The notes under the pieces are model-generated. The model was not told where the DNA came from, ran no database searches, and worked only from the letters and a program-made list of their open reading frames with translations. A stretch of DNA of 64,000 nucleotides from Patescibacteria group bacterium. Lineage in GTDB: Bacteria; Patescibacteriota; JABMPQ01; JAQVVF01. The DNA lies in the NCBI GenBank assembly GCA_041662665.1, contig JBAZSC010000004.1, positions 10,464 through 74,463 of the forward strand, written 5' to 3'. This document shows, in pieces, positions 18,856 through 29,819 of the stretch. Positions within the stretch are counted from its first letter, which is position 1. Every line of letters begins with the position of its first letter. The position numbers were made by a program, and so were the translations under genes.

Positions 18856-19056
18856 TTATAATTTTGTAATTTTAATACATTGCACTGGACATGCATCAGC
18901 AGCCTCTTGGTTACAACTAATTTCATCTACTTCTGGATTTTTTGGAAATGATTTATTATTTTCACCCTTTAATTCAAAATTTTCCGGACAAATTGTTGTG
19001 CAAGCACCACAGCTAATACATTTTTCTTGATCAATTTCGATTTTAAATTTCGCCAT
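18856..19056 (-). CDS. Single-cluster ferredoxin
   Basis: CISCGACTTICP plus C-terminal AADACPVQCI. Confidence 0.9.
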   Translation of the reverse strand: MAKFKIEIDQEKCISCGACTTICPENFELKGENNKSFPKNPEVDEISCNQEAADACPVQCIKITKL

Positions 19057-19077
19057 ATTTTTTTATTAAATAATATA

Positions 19078-19175
19078 ATACAAATATACAAATTTATGCA
19101 AATGATACAAATTGCGAATACGTCGATTCGTAATTCGCAACATTCGTATTATTCGTATTCGCATTCGTATTATAT
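19078..19175. repeat. Inverted repeat hairpin (TACAAAT/ATTCGTA units) with CGTCG loop
   Basis: CGTCG at 19121-19125; same arm family as 37079-37170, 37419-37504 and the half copy at 33782-33835. Confidence 0.8.
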
Positions 19176-19185
19176 TTTATGTTTT

Positions 19186-20328
19186 TTAAAAAGACAATTG
19201 CTTTAATTTCTCTAGCACCACTTTTTCCACATCCAACAAACTAATATTATCAAAATCAACTAAAATTAAGCCGTTCACTTTCTTACCCATAAAAATATCT
19301 CTGATTTTTTCTTTTGCTGAATCTTTATTGGTTTTGAAAATTGCTTTAACTCGTCCTTGCTGAAATTCATAAAAAATTATCACAATTTCTGCTAAATTCA
19401 CTGACATTGAAATTTCTTCTTCAACTCCCAAAATATCATTTTCTTCCTTTGATCCAGTCTTTTCAAAATCTTGATAATTAACTAATGTCCAAGCAATCTT
19501 TTTCGCATCATCAAATTTTACTCGAGCCAAAGCTCTGCCCCATAATTTCAAAGTTGATAATGATTTATTCTTAAAAATTGATTTAATAATTTTTTGCTGA
19601 TCTGCACCAAGCGCAATTAATTGCGCTGCAATTGTAAAAGATCTTGGTGTTGTTGTTGATGTTTGAAAACTCTTTGTTGATGACACGATTCCTGTCAACA
19701 AACAATTTGCAATTTCCTCATCAACTATTTTTTCGCCAAAAGATTCTAACAAAGTATACACAACTTCGGAAGTTGAAGAAGCTGTTACATCAACTAAATT
19801 CACTTCTCCATATTGCTCATTTGATGAACTGCTATCAATATTTATAATTGGAGTTTCATAAAATAATTCTGTATTTTCTTCATATATTTTTCCAAGCTTT
19901 TCTAAATCTGGAACATCAATACAAATTATCAAATTATATTTAAAACCAGAAGGTTTTGTTATCACATTGCTTGCATCATAATTTCCTTTTTCTGGAGTAA
20001 TATAAATATTTAATTTATTTCCATCCTCATCAAAATCATAAGAAAATTGAGCGACTTTTGCTTTTGATGTGTCTAATGTAATCACAAAATTCTTAGAGCC
20101 ATCAATTGTTTTTCCTAATTTAGAAATATTAGGCAAAAATGATAATGTCGAAGATATCGGTGCAGAACAAACCATATCAACTTCATGTCCGCCCATTTTT
20201 TCCAAAACTAAACCCAAGGAAAGCAAACTTCCAATCGAATCTTCATCAAAATCGGCCTTTGTTACTAATAAAATATTCTTGCTCTTTTTTATTAATTCAA
20301 AAATCTGTTGCTTAGATGATAATTCCAT
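19186..20328 (-). CDS. DHH/NrnA-like phosphoesterase family protein with degenerate motifs
   Basis: Fold-typical pattern (DEDSIGS, IICID, IINID, LLTGI). The DHH motif reads DSS. Start moved to ATG 20328. Confidence 0.75.
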   Translation of the reverse strand: MELSSKQQIFELIKKSKNILLVTKADFDEDSIGSLLSLGLVLEKMGGHEVDMVCSAPISSTLSFLPNISKLGKTIDGSKNFVITLDTSKAKVAQFSYDFDEDGNKLNIYITPEKGNYDASNVITKPSGFKYNLIICIDVPDLEKLGKIYEENTELFYETPIINIDSSSSNEQYGEVNLVDVTASSTSEVVYTLLESFGEKIVDEEIANCLLTGIVSSTKSFQTSTTTPRSFTIAAQLIALGADQQKIIKSIFKNKSLSTLKLWGRALARVKFDDAKKIAWTLVNYQDFEKTGSKEENDILGVEEEISMSVNLAEIVIIFYEFQQGRVKAIFKTNKDSAKEKIRDIFMGKKVNGLILVDFDNISLLDVEKVVLEKLKQLSF

Positions 20329-20342
20329 AAAATTTAAAAAAA

Positions 20343-20448
20343 TTACAATATACAAATCTCAAATTCCAAACAAATACCAAATCACAATACACAAAGATTT
20401 TTGGAATTTGGAATTTGGAATTTGTTTGGGATTTGGAATTTGGGATTT
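20343..20448. repeat. Inverted heptamer-repeat hairpin
   Basis: CAAATCTCAAATTCCAAACAAATACCAAAT ... TTTGGAATTTGTTTGGGATTTGGAATTTG. Confidence 0.8.
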
Positions 20449-20588
20449 TAATAAGTAATTCTATAACTCCAAAAATAATCTGTCAAATGTGGATTATTTT
20501 GTTAATTTTTGTTATCATAAATTTAGTTTAAATTATAATAAATATTAATTAACACAGTTACTGATTGCTAGTTACTAGTTACTTCAAA

Positions 20589-21023
20589 ATGGAAATTATT
20601 TCTAAATCATCGCAACAAACACAAGATATCGCTCACAAACTTGCTCAACAATTAAATGGTGGCGAAATTTTATGTTTCTCTGGTGAATTAGGTGCCGGAA
20701 AGACCACTTTTATTCAAGGCCTAGCCAAAGGATTAGAAATCAAAGAAAATCTAACTAGCCCAACTTTTGTCATCTTCAAAAAATATCCTGCCAAAAACAA
20801 TCTCGAATTTTATCATTTTGATTTATACAGAATTCATGATCCACAAGAAATTTTAGATTTGGGCTATACCGAAATCATTAATAACAAAAAAAATATATCA
20901 GCAATAGAATGGTCAGAAAAAATTAAGGATCAAATTCCACTCAAAAATGTAATTCATATTAACTTAGAATATCTCGACAAAGATCAAAGAAAAATAATAA
21001 TCAACGAGAATAATGAATTATGA
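20589..21023 (+). CDS. tsaE: tRNA threonylcarbamoyladenosine biosynthesis ATPase TsaE
   Basis: GELGAGKTTF, TSPTF, HFDLYR and IEWSE. Confidence 0.95.
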   Translation: MEIISKSSQQTQDIAHKLAQQLNGGEILCFSGELGAGKTTFIQGLAKGLEIKENLTSPTFVIFKKYPAKNNLEFYHFDLYRIHDPQEILDLGYTEIINNKKNISAIEWSEKIKDQIPLKNVIHINLEYLDKDQRKIIINENNEL

Positions 21024-21160
21024 ATCAAGAATTATGATTAGAATTATGAATTACTGAATAACGATTTTTTTAATTTTCATAATTCTCAATTCAATATTCA
21101 AATCATCATTCATAATTCATCATTCATAATTCATAATTCATAATTCATAATTCATAATTC
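21014..21160. repeat. Inverted GAATTAT/ATAATTC heptamer repeat array
   Basis: A near-perfect (ATTCATA)n run at 21108-21160 is inverted relative to GAATTAT units at 21015-21052; related tracts at 53889-53955 and 35280-35320. Confidence 0.85.
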
Positions 21161-21166
21161 ACGTCT

Positions 21167-21862
21167 ATGATTTATCTTTGGTACATTTTTGTCGCCTTAT
21201 TGCCAGGTTTATTCTGGCTCTGGTTTTATCGTCGAAAAGACAGACAAAATCCAGAACCATTAAAACAAATTTTCAAAATCTTTGTTTGGGGCATGGCTGC
21301 AACAATTCCTGCTATTGCTTTGGAATTCTCCGCTGATTTTTTTATTCCTTATGCTTCGTCAACAAAATATTTAGCCATGGTTTTAAGCTCATTTTTAATC
21401 GTCGCTCCGATTGAAGAATTTTTTAAATATTTAGTTTTAAAGCACAAAGCAGCAGAAAGCAAAGAATTCAACGAACCAATTGATGGAATTATTTATGGCA
21501 TTGTTGTTGGCTTAGGCTTTGCGACATTAGAAAACTTTTTGGTAACTTTAAGCGATGGCGGAACAGTTATTATTTTACGCTTTGCAACTGCTACTTTAAT
21601 GCATGCGATTTGTTCTGGTATCGTTGGTTATTATCTTGCTCGTCAAAAATTCCATCCTCAAGGCAACAAATCAAGCGTCATGAAAGGACTTTTCCTTGCC
21701 ATTTTTTTGCATGGCTTATACAATTCCGTCGCCTCTTACAATTCATCATATTCAATCATTTTGCTCGCTATTTTAATCATTGTCATGTATCTGATGCTTT
21801 CTCAAGATATTAAAGCCATAAAAAGATTAAAAATTACTGCTCAACAAAATAATCAAGAATAA
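21167..21862 (+). CDS. PrsW family intramembrane metalloprotease
   Basis: APIEEFFK, GFATLEN, MHA and LHGLYN motifs in a multi-TM protein. Confidence 0.9.
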   Translation: MIYLWYIFVALLPGLFWLWFYRRKDRQNPEPLKQIFKIFVWGMAATIPAIALEFSADFFIPYASSTKYLAMVLSSFLIVAPIEEFFKYLVLKHKAAESKEFNEPIDGIIYGIVVGLGFATLENFLVTLSDGGTVIILRFATATLMHAICSGIVGYYLARQKFHPQGNKSSVMKGLFLAIFLHGLYNSVASYNSSYSIILLAILIIVMYLMLSQDIKAIKRLKITAQQNNQE

Positions 21863-21891
21863 TTCATTAGTACACCATTCGCAAACACTTG

Positions 21892-21921
21892 TCCACCGAA
21901 GTCCCGCAGGACGCAGGTGGA
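21892..21921 (+). repeat. 30-bp bulged palindrome nested in an ATTCG-type element (21870-21944)
   Basis: TCCACC-GAA-GTCC-CGCA-GGAC-GCA-GGTGGA between GTACAC...GTGTAC ends. Confidence 0.85.
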
Positions 21922-22029
21922 TTCGAAAATTAATTAGAGTGTACAACCAAAACTCCAAGAAATTTCCTGGAGTTTTTTTTGCCTGCACATTGCCAAGTCT
22001 CTGTATTCAATCTTTTAATCTTGAGTAGA

Positions 22030-24078
22030 TTATCTACCTATGGCATAATATCTTTCTGAAAAATCAAATGGAGAATTCAAATAAATCGTAAAAGTATTTT
22101 CTTTGTTATTTTGTCTGGCGTCTAAATCAGACCATTCTCTTAGTTCAACATCATATAATTTTAAATGCAAGTCGCTTTCTTTTAAGCCAGTCATTTTCTT
22201 TTTTAAAACTTTAAATTCTTTTTTAGTATAATAAAAAATCACTTTAATTTTAAAGCTATCAGACAATTGATTTAAATCAGTTGTTATCAACCAATTTTTT
22301 TTCAACAACATATTTTCTGCATTAACATAAGTTATTGGATATTTTTTAAATCTTTGCACTTGCCAATAATAATTATATTTTTTAAGACTCTTAGAATATT
22401 TCTTAAAAACAAAATCAAAATCATTAGCAAAATAATTATGGTTTTTTCCTTTAATCTTGACTGTTTTATCGTTTGCTTTCTTAGTTACAAATTTAGCTTT
22501 TTTAATTACATACTTTTTACTGACAACAGAAGATTGATTGCCAGCATTATCAATTGCCATAAATTTCAAAGTCATGTCTTTGGAAACAACAATTTTCTTG
22601 CTGTAAACATCGGAAGTTGTTTTTGGCTTCTTGCCATTAGTTGTATAATAAATTTTATCCACGCCAGAAAGAGCATCAGTTGCTGACAAAGCAACTTTTT
22701 TAATATTTTTATAAGTGCCTTTTTTTACTGATGCCAAAACTTCTGGAGCTGTCGCATCATAAACAATGCTGGCTGACACTGCTGCTGTTTCTGCATACCA
22801 AGTATCTCGAAATTTTGCATAAACAGTTTTTGTCCCCTCGCTAGCTGATAAAGTAAAAGACTGCGAAGTTCCATATGTCGTCCATGCTGATCCAAAAGAA
22901 CTGCTGTTTTCTGTTGTTGCCATTTCTAATGTATCGCTTGAAGAAGACAAACCAAGCGTTAAACTTGAAGAATTAGTGTAAGTTGCTCCAGAATTAATTA
23001 TTAATGCTGCTAAAGACGGACCAGGAGTATAGGTATAAACCAAACCAGTAGCAATATCATAATTACACACTTGCGACCGATTATTAGAATCAACATCAAT
23101 AGAAGTATAATAGCCAGAACTAGAAGCACCTATAGTATATGTCGCCCAAGAGCCAGACACATTAGTCGCATATTTCAAACCATTGCCAGAATAAGTAATT
23201 CTAACTTTATCATTAGAATCAATTGCCAAAGAATTATTTGATCCCACAGTGCCAGAACTGTCTAAAATTTGTACTGTCCCCCAAAAGCTGGGCCTACCAG
23301 TAATATACTTCAAATCATAACTTACATTATCAAAATAACAAATATGAACATTATCGCCGGAATCAACGCCAAGATCCATATGCGTAGAAGTATAGTCACC
23401 CATATCAACATCATCCAAAGTTTCTCTCACCCAACTCCCAGAAGAATTTGTTACAAATCGCAGATGATTATTAGTATCATCATAATAACTTATCTGCGGA
23501 TAGTTATTGGAATCTAACTCAATTGCTGTATATTTTCCCATATCAGTACTTGTATCATCAACCACTTCTGTGCTCCAAGAACCATAATGGCCTTTGGCAT
23601 ATTTCAAATCTTGTCCTGTTGAATAATAATAAGAAATATGCGCTTCGCTGTCAGATCCAACCGCAATTGAAGTGTACCTGCCTACAACACCAGTTGCATC
23701 TACCTGTTCCGTCTGCCATGATCCAGAAACATTAGTTGCATATTTCAAAGAAGTATTATCTGTATCATAATAACTGATATGCGCTTTATTATTAGAATCC
23801 AATGCTAATGAAGAATATCTACCAACATCGGGACCGCCAAAACCATCTACTATCTCGCTTGTCCAAGAACCAGTTAAATTATTGACATATACCAAATCTT
23901 CATCACCTATAGCATAATAACAAATATGAATTTTATCATTCGTATCAACTTTTAATTCAGTGTCTGTAATATTTGCTAATATCGTAATTGTACTCGCTGA
24001 CCAGTCAGCCGCTTTTACATTTTGCCCAACAAAAATTACACTAATTAAAATTAAAAATAACCACAAAATTTTTCGCAT
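22030..24078 (-). CDS. Secreted beta-propeller repeat protein with an Fn3-associated domain and Lys-rich C-terminal domain (paralog 6 of 6 in transcription order)
   Basis: Signal peptide ending VKA-ADW, repeats SLALDSNNKAHISYYD..LKYATNxSGSW, YYTTNG and the terminus YYAIGR. Confidence 0.85.
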   Translation of the reverse strand: MRKILWLFLILISVIFVGQNVKAADWSASTITILANITDTELKVDTNDKIHICYYAIGDEDLVYVNNLTGSWTSEIVDGFGGPDVGRYSSLALDSNNKAHISYYDTDNTSLKYATNVSGSWQTEQVDATGVVGRYTSIAVGSDSEAHISYYYSTGQDLKYAKGHYGSWSTEVVDDTSTDMGKYTAIELDSNNYPQISYYDDTNNHLRFVTNSSGSWVRETLDDVDMGDYTSTHMDLGVDSGDNVHICYFDNVSYDLKYITGRPSFWGTVQILDSSGTVGSNNSLAIDSNDKVRITYSGNGLKYATNVSGSWATYTIGASSSGYYTSIDVDSNNRSQVCNYDIATGLVYTYTPGPSLAALIINSGATYTNSSSLTLGLSSSSDTLEMATTENSSSFGSAWTTYGTSQSFTLSASEGTKTVYAKFRDTWYAETAAVSASIVYDATAPEVLASVKKGTYKNIKKVALSATDALSGVDKIYYTTNGKKPKTTSDVYSKKIVVSKDMTLKFMAIDNAGNQSSVVSKKYVIKKAKFVTKKANDKTVKIKGKNHNYFANDFDFVFKKYSKSLKKYNYYWQVQRFKKYPITYVNAENMLLKKNWLITTDLNQLSDSFKIKVIFYYTKKEFKVLKKKMTGLKESDLHLKLYDVELREWSDLDARQNNKENTFTIYLNSPFDFSERYYAIGR

Positions 24079-24152
24079 ACTTTTTTATTAATTAGTAGTG
24101 ATATTCCTGCCTGATAACAGTCAGGTATAACAAAATTTGCGTAAATTCACAA

Positions 24153-26000
24153 TTATCTTCCGATTGCATAATATCTTTCCGAATAATTAAATGGCGAACT
24201 TAAATAAATCATAAAAGTATTTTTTTTAGTATTCGGCTTGACTTGCAAATCCGCCCATTCTCTTGATTCAGAATTATATAATTTTAGATAAAGATTTTTC
24301 TCTTTCAAACCTTTTACCTTTTTCTTTAAAGCCTTAAATTCTTTATTAGTATAAGAAAATACTAATTTTAATTTTACTGGTTTGCTAGAATTATATTTTT
24401 GATAATCAGTTTTAATTTTCCAATATTTCTTTATCAAATTATGCTTTGCGTCAACAAAAAGTTTCGTATACTTTTTTTGCCTCTCAACCAAAAAATATCT
24501 TTTTGTCTTTTTAAAACTTTTTGGAAATTTTTTGAAAGTCAAATTTAATTCTCTTGCATAATATTTTTTATTTTTTTTCTTGATTTTAACTTCATTCTTT
24601 TTCTTGGATTTTTTTGTTGTAAATTTTGGATTGCCAACATATTTAACAATTTGTGAAACAACATCTGATTCAGCATGCCAAGCATCTCTATATTTTACAT
24701 AAACAGTTTTCTTGCCTTTTTTTGCTGGCATTTTAAATGTCTTATCAGCCAAATAACTTTGCCAAGTTTTGTTTGAAAAATCAGATTTTGTTGACACAAT
24801 CATTTCGACCGGACTTTCAGTCAAAGAAGATGTAATATGAATTTTTCTATAAGCAGAATATTTACGTCCATAATTTATTTCTGTTATTTGATTTGAAGGA
24901 CCAGGAGTATTAGCAAGTTTTAATTTCTCGCTTGTCTGATCATAATATGCGATATAGGCTCTGTTTTTTGAATCCACATCCAAAGATGGATAACCAACAA
25001 CATCGCTGTCATTCAAAGTATTTTTTACAAAAGAATCAGTTACATTGCTCATATAGCCTATCCAATTTCCTCCTCCAACTGTTCCGCCATAATAACTTAA
25101 ACGAACCTTATTATCAGAATCTAAAGCTAAAGAATTATTAAATGCTGTAAAATCAGGCAAGATTTCACTATCCATATCGCTTATCGTCCAATTACTGTCT
25201 GCCGTTGTTTTAGTCGCATATTTAAGCGTCGTATTAGGATTAGCTAAATACAAATAAGCCAAATGTGCTGTATTATTGCTATCAAACTTCAAAGAATTAA
25301 AATAACCAGTTCTATAAGTACTATCAATCGCGCTCAATACCCAACTGCCGGAAACATTAGTCGCATATTTCAAATAATCATTTGTCCCTTCAAAATAAGC
25401 AATATGAACTTTATTATTAGAATCAATAGCCAGAGAATTAAACGTTCCACTATTATCAACCGTATCCAAAGTCTCATAAACCCAATCACCAGTAACATTA
25501 GTCGCATATTTCAAATGATCATTAGTACCATCATAATAAGCAATATGCGCCTTATTATTTGAATCCAAGGCTAAAGACGGATATGAACCAGCTTCAATTG
25601 TCGGATCTAAAATTGTTACTTGCCAAGAACCAGAAGCATTAGTCGCATACCGCAATTGATCTTCAATCATAGCATAATAAGCCAAATAAAAATTATTATT
25701 AGAATCAACTGCCGAAGAAATAAATAATCCTGCATAAAGAGTATCATCAACAGTCTGTTGCTCCCAAGCCCCAGAAGCATTTGTAGCATACTTTATTTTA
25801 TGATCAGTATTATCAAAATAACCAATATAAATCTTATCATTACTGCCAACTTTTAAAGAAACAACAGCCGCACCTTCTGACACCATTGGCACGTTTCCCA
25901 TATCAGCCACATCGCTAAAAACCCAATCAGCAGCCTTAACATTTTGGCCAAAAATAAACAAAGTAAAAACAACAATCAAAATTAACAATCCTTTTTTCAT
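24153..26000 (-). CDS. Secreted beta-propeller repeat protein with Lys-rich C-terminal domain (paralog 5)
   Basis: Same repeat and terminus YYAIGR. Confidence 0.85.
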   Translation of the reverse strand: MKKGLLILIVVFTLFIFGQNVKAADWVFSDVADMGNVPMVSEGAAVVSLKVGSNDKIYIGYFDNTDHKIKYATNASGAWEQQTVDDTLYAGLFISSAVDSNNNFYLAYYAMIEDQLRYATNASGSWQVTILDPTIEAGSYPSLALDSNNKAHIAYYDGTNDHLKYATNVTGDWVYETLDTVDNSGTFNSLAIDSNNKVHIAYFEGTNDYLKYATNVSGSWVLSAIDSTYRTGYFNSLKFDSNNTAHLAYLYLANPNTTLKYATKTTADSNWTISDMDSEILPDFTAFNNSLALDSDNKVRLSYYGGTVGGGNWIGYMSNVTDSFVKNTLNDSDVVGYPSLDVDSKNRAYIAYYDQTSEKLKLANTPGPSNQITEINYGRKYSAYRKIHITSSLTESPVEMIVSTKSDFSNKTWQSYLADKTFKMPAKKGKKTVYVKYRDAWHAESDVVSQIVKYVGNPKFTTKKSKKKNEVKIKKKNKKYYARELNLTFKKFPKSFKKTKRYFLVERQKKYTKLFVDAKHNLIKKYWKIKTDYQKYNSSKPVKLKLVFSYTNKEFKALKKKVKGLKEKNLYLKLYNSESREWADLQVKPNTKKNTFMIYLSSPFNYSERYYAIGR

Positions 26001-26050
26001 TATTTTATTTTAATTAACTTTTAACTTTAGATTTTAGACTTTTAACTCAC

Positions 26051-27895
26051 CTATCTGCCGATAGCATAATATCTTTCCGAATAATTAAATGGCGAATTTA
26101 GATAAATAATAAAAGTATGATTAGTTGTATCAGGTTTAACTTGTAAATCAGCCCAACTATCAGATTCAGAAACATAATATTTCAGATGCAAATTCTTTTC
26201 TTTTAATCCTTTAACTTTCTTTTTCAAAACTTTGAATTCATCGCTAGTATACTGAAATACTAATTTTAATCTAACTTGCTTGCTTCCTGTATATTTATTA
26301 AAGTCAGTATTTACTTTCCAATATTTTTTTAACAAATTGTGCTTTGCATCTGCAAAAAGTTTTGTGTATTTTAATTGTCTTTCAATTAGAAAATATCGCT
26401 TTGTATTTTTGAATTTAGTTGGATATTTTTTGAATTTAAGCTTTAGATCTCTTGCGTAATAAGTTTTATTCTTTTCTTTAACTTTCACTTCATTAGATTT
26501 CCTTGCTTTTTTTGTTACAAACTTTATTGGATTGCCAGTATATTTTACTTCTTGAGAAACAACATTAGATTCAGCATGCCAAATATCTCTGAATTTCATA
26601 TAAACAGTATTTTCACCTTTTTCTGATGGCATTCTAAATGTTGTATCAGCTGAATATGTTTTCCAAGTTTTATCTGAAAAATCAGATTTTGTTGAAACGA
26701 TCATTTCTGTTGGAGTTCCTGCAACTGTTGATTTTATATTAATATTTCTTGTTGCTGAATAATTTCTACCATTATTTATTTCAGAAGAAGTGATACTTGG
26801 ACCAGGAGTGAAAGCATAATTCAAATCATTATCAGTAGTATTATAATATGAAATATGAATACGATTATTTGAATCTACGTCAAGTGAAATTTGATTATAG
26901 TATCCAAATAATACCACTATGTATGATCCAACATTATCAATCACATTATATGTCCATGACCCTGAAGTATTAGTTGCATACTTTAATTGTTGCTCAGTAA
27001 CATCATAATAACCAATATGTACACCATTATTGTTATCAACAGCTATCGAAGTATTATATCCTGCTTGATTTGCCGTATCCAAATTCGTTGCAACCCAAAC
27101 ACCAGTAGAATTAGTAATGTATTTCAAATCTAAATTTGTAGCATCTAAATAACTAATATGGATGCTATTGTTAGTCCCAATCGCCAAAGAAGAATACCAT
27201 CCAGCCTCAACTGAATTATCTAAAGTACTTGTTGACCAAACACCAGACAAACTATTCGTCGCATATTTTAGAGTACTATTAGTTTCATCACGATAACTAA
27301 TATGCGCAAACCCATTTGAATCAATACCAAGCGAATTAAAAATGCCCACATCACCAACTGAATCAACTGTTGTCAACACCCAAGAACCGGTTGCATTAGT
27401 TGCATATTTTAAATCACTATTAGTTGAATCATAATAGCTAATTTGAACCGCATTATTTGCATTCAATACTATTGATGTATTATTTATATCAAAAATACCT
27501 ACTGTAATAGTACCTGAATTATCAACAGTTGTAGCAACCCAAGAACCAGAAGCATTTGTGGCATATTTCAAATTACTATTAGTATCATCAATATAACTAA
27601 TATGAGATTTGTTATTACTATCAATTGCTATTGAAACACCTTCGCCTACGTTTCCTGCACTATCTACAGTTGTAATAGCCCACGAACCTGACTCATTTGT
27701 TATATATTTCAAATCATTAGTACCAACTTCAAAATAAGCAATATGCACAAAGCCATTATGATCAACAGCAATCGCATTATCAGCGCCAGTATTTACAGCA
27801 TCGATTGAAGATTTCTGCCAATCCGCAGCCTTCACATTTTGGCCAAAGATAAACAAACCAACAATGGCCAGACAAATTAATAAATACTTCCGCAT
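26051..27895 (-). CDS. Secreted beta-propeller repeat protein with Lys-rich C-terminal domain (paralog 4)
   Basis: Same architecture; terminus YYAIGR. Confidence 0.85.
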   Translation of the reverse strand: MRKYLLICLAIVGLFIFGQNVKAADWQKSSIDAVNTGADNAIAVDHNGFVHIAYFEVGTNDLKYITNESGSWAITTVDSAGNVGEGVSIAIDSNNKSHISYIDDTNSNLKYATNASGSWVATTVDNSGTITVGIFDINNTSIVLNANNAVQISYYDSTNSDLKYATNATGSWVLTTVDSVGDVGIFNSLGIDSNGFAHISYRDETNSTLKYATNSLSGVWSTSTLDNSVEAGWYSSLAIGTNNSIHISYLDATNLDLKYITNSTGVWVATNLDTANQAGYNTSIAVDNNNGVHIGYYDVTEQQLKYATNTSGSWTYNVIDNVGSYIVVLFGYYNQISLDVDSNNRIHISYYNTTDNDLNYAFTPGPSITSSEINNGRNYSATRNINIKSTVAGTPTEMIVSTKSDFSDKTWKTYSADTTFRMPSEKGENTVYMKFRDIWHAESNVVSQEVKYTGNPIKFVTKKARKSNEVKVKEKNKTYYARDLKLKFKKYPTKFKNTKRYFLIERQLKYTKLFADAKHNLLKKYWKVNTDFNKYTGSKQVRLKLVFQYTSDEFKVLKKKVKGLKEKNLHLKYYVSESDSWADLQVKPDTTNHTFIIYLNSPFNYSERYYAIGR

Positions 27896-27951
27896 AATTT
27901 TTTTGTTTTAAATTTTTAAATTTCTGAAACTAAATTTATATAAATTATATA

Positions 27952-29802
27952 TTATTTACCAATTGCATAATATCTTTGCGAAAAATTAAACGGAGATTTC
28001 AAATAAACCGTAAAAGTATTTTTCTTTGTATTGCGTTTAGCTGACAAATTAGTCCACTTTTTTGATTTCAAATTATATGCTTTTAGATATAAATTCTTTT
28101 CTTTCAACCCTTTTACTTTTTTCTTTAATTTTTTAAATTCTTTTTTAGAATATGAAAATACTAATTTTAATTTAACATTCTTACTTAATTTATATTTTGA
28201 AAAATCAGTATTAATTTTCCAATATTTTTTTAACAAATTATGCTTTGCATCCACAAAAAGTTTTGTAAATTTCTTTTTTCTCACAACCAAAAAATATCTT
28301 TTTGTTTTTTTAAAAGCTTTTGGATATTTTTTGAAAGTCAAATTTAATTCTCTAGCATAATATTTTTTATTTTTCTTTTTAATCCTTACTTCATTTTTTT
28401 TCTTCGCTTTTTTTGTAACAAACTTTGGATTACCGACATATTTGACATTAAAAGATACAACAGCAGATTCAGCACTATAGACATCTCTAAATTTAACGTA
28501 AATTGTTTTTATGCCTTTTTTTGAAGGCATTTTAAAAATCGTATTAGCCAAATAACTGCTCCAAATCTTATTAGAAAAATCAGACTTTGTCGAAACAATC
28601 ATTTCAGTAGGACTGCCAGAAACTGAAGATGCAATATTAATTTTTCTATAAGCTGAATAATCCCTTCCATTATTTATTGTTATTGTTTGAACTGAAGGTC
28701 CAGGAGTATAAGTATAATTCAAACTAGTATTAACTAAACCAGCACTAGTTTTAAAATAAATAACATGTGTTCGATTCATTGAATCTATTCCTAACGATAT
28801 TGGACGATAATATGCATTAAAAGTTTCAAAAGAAAACAAAAGACTGTACGATCCAGTATCCTGTTGATTATAAATTGACCATTGTCCAGAAACATTTGTC
28901 GCGTATTTTAATCTGCCATTTAAAATATCATGATAAGCAACATGCAATTTATTATTATCATCAATTTTTAATGAAGGATAATAGCCCACTTGACCTGCAC
29001 TGTCATTATCAATAACACTTGCAACCCATGCTCCTGAAATATTAGTAATATATTTTAAATCAGAGTTAGTATAATCCAAATAAGCAATATGAATTTTATT
29101 ATTTGAATCAATCGCTATGGAAGACTGAAGACCTACCGATCCATTAGAATCTAAAACTACAGATAGCCAAGAACCACTATCATTAGTAATATATTTTAAA
29201 TCGGAATTAGTAGTATCACGATAAGAAATATGCACCTTATTATTTGAATCCAATGCCAAAGAAGAACTACCTCCAACATCAGTACTAGAATCTATTGTTT
29301 CATTTGCCCATGAACCAGACACGTTTGTCGCATATTTCAAATTGCTATTATCTGAATCATAATAGCTTACATATATTTTTTTATTTCCATCCAAAGCCAT
29401 TGATACTTGTCCCAAGCCAATAGTTCCACTATTATCAATTATCTCGAAAACCCATGTTCCATTAACATTATTCGCATATTTTAACCAATCATTCGTTCTA
29501 TCTTCATAAACAATATATACTTTTCCATTAACATCTATTCCCAAAGAAGAATTACCAACATTAACAGAGTTATCAACAATTTCTGCCATCCAAGTACCAG
29601 AAGAATTAGTCGCATATTTCAAATCAGAATTAGTATTATCAAAATAACTAATATGAACTTTGTTATTTTGATCAATTGCTAATGCATTAACACTTCCAGC
29701 AGATGCCTCCAATTCCTGCGACTGCCAATCAGCAGCCAAAACATTTTGGCCAAACAGAAACAGACCAACAATGGCCAGACAAATTAATAAATACCTCCGC
29801 AT
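27952..29802 (-). CDS. Secreted beta-propeller repeat protein with Lys-rich C-terminal domain (paralog 3)
   Basis: Same architecture; terminus YYAIGK. Confidence 0.85.
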   Translation of the reverse strand: MRRYLLICLAIVGLFLFGQNVLAADWQSQELEASAGSVNALAIDQNNKVHISYFDNTNSDLKYATNSSGTWMAEIVDNSVNVGNSSLGIDVNGKVYIVYEDRTNDWLKYANNVNGTWVFEIIDNSGTIGLGQVSMALDGNKKIYVSYYDSDNSNLKYATNVSGSWANETIDSSTDVGGSSSLALDSNNKVHISYRDTTNSDLKYITNDSGSWLSVVLDSNGSVGLQSSIAIDSNNKIHIAYLDYTNSDLKYITNISGAWVASVIDNDSAGQVGYYPSLKIDDNNKLHVAYHDILNGRLKYATNVSGQWSIYNQQDTGSYSLLFSFETFNAYYRPISLGIDSMNRTHVIYFKTSAGLVNTSLNYTYTPGPSVQTITINNGRDYSAYRKINIASSVSGSPTEMIVSTKSDFSNKIWSSYLANTIFKMPSKKGIKTIYVKFRDVYSAESAVVSFNVKYVGNPKFVTKKAKKKNEVRIKKKNKKYYARELNLTFKKYPKAFKKTKRYFLVVRKKKFTKLFVDAKHNLLKKYWKINTDFSKYKLSKNVKLKLVFSYSKKEFKKLKKKVKGLKEKNLYLKAYNLKSKKWTNLSAKRNTKKNTFTVYLKSPFNFSQRYYAIGK

Positions 29803-29819
29803 AATTTTTTTGTTTTTAT

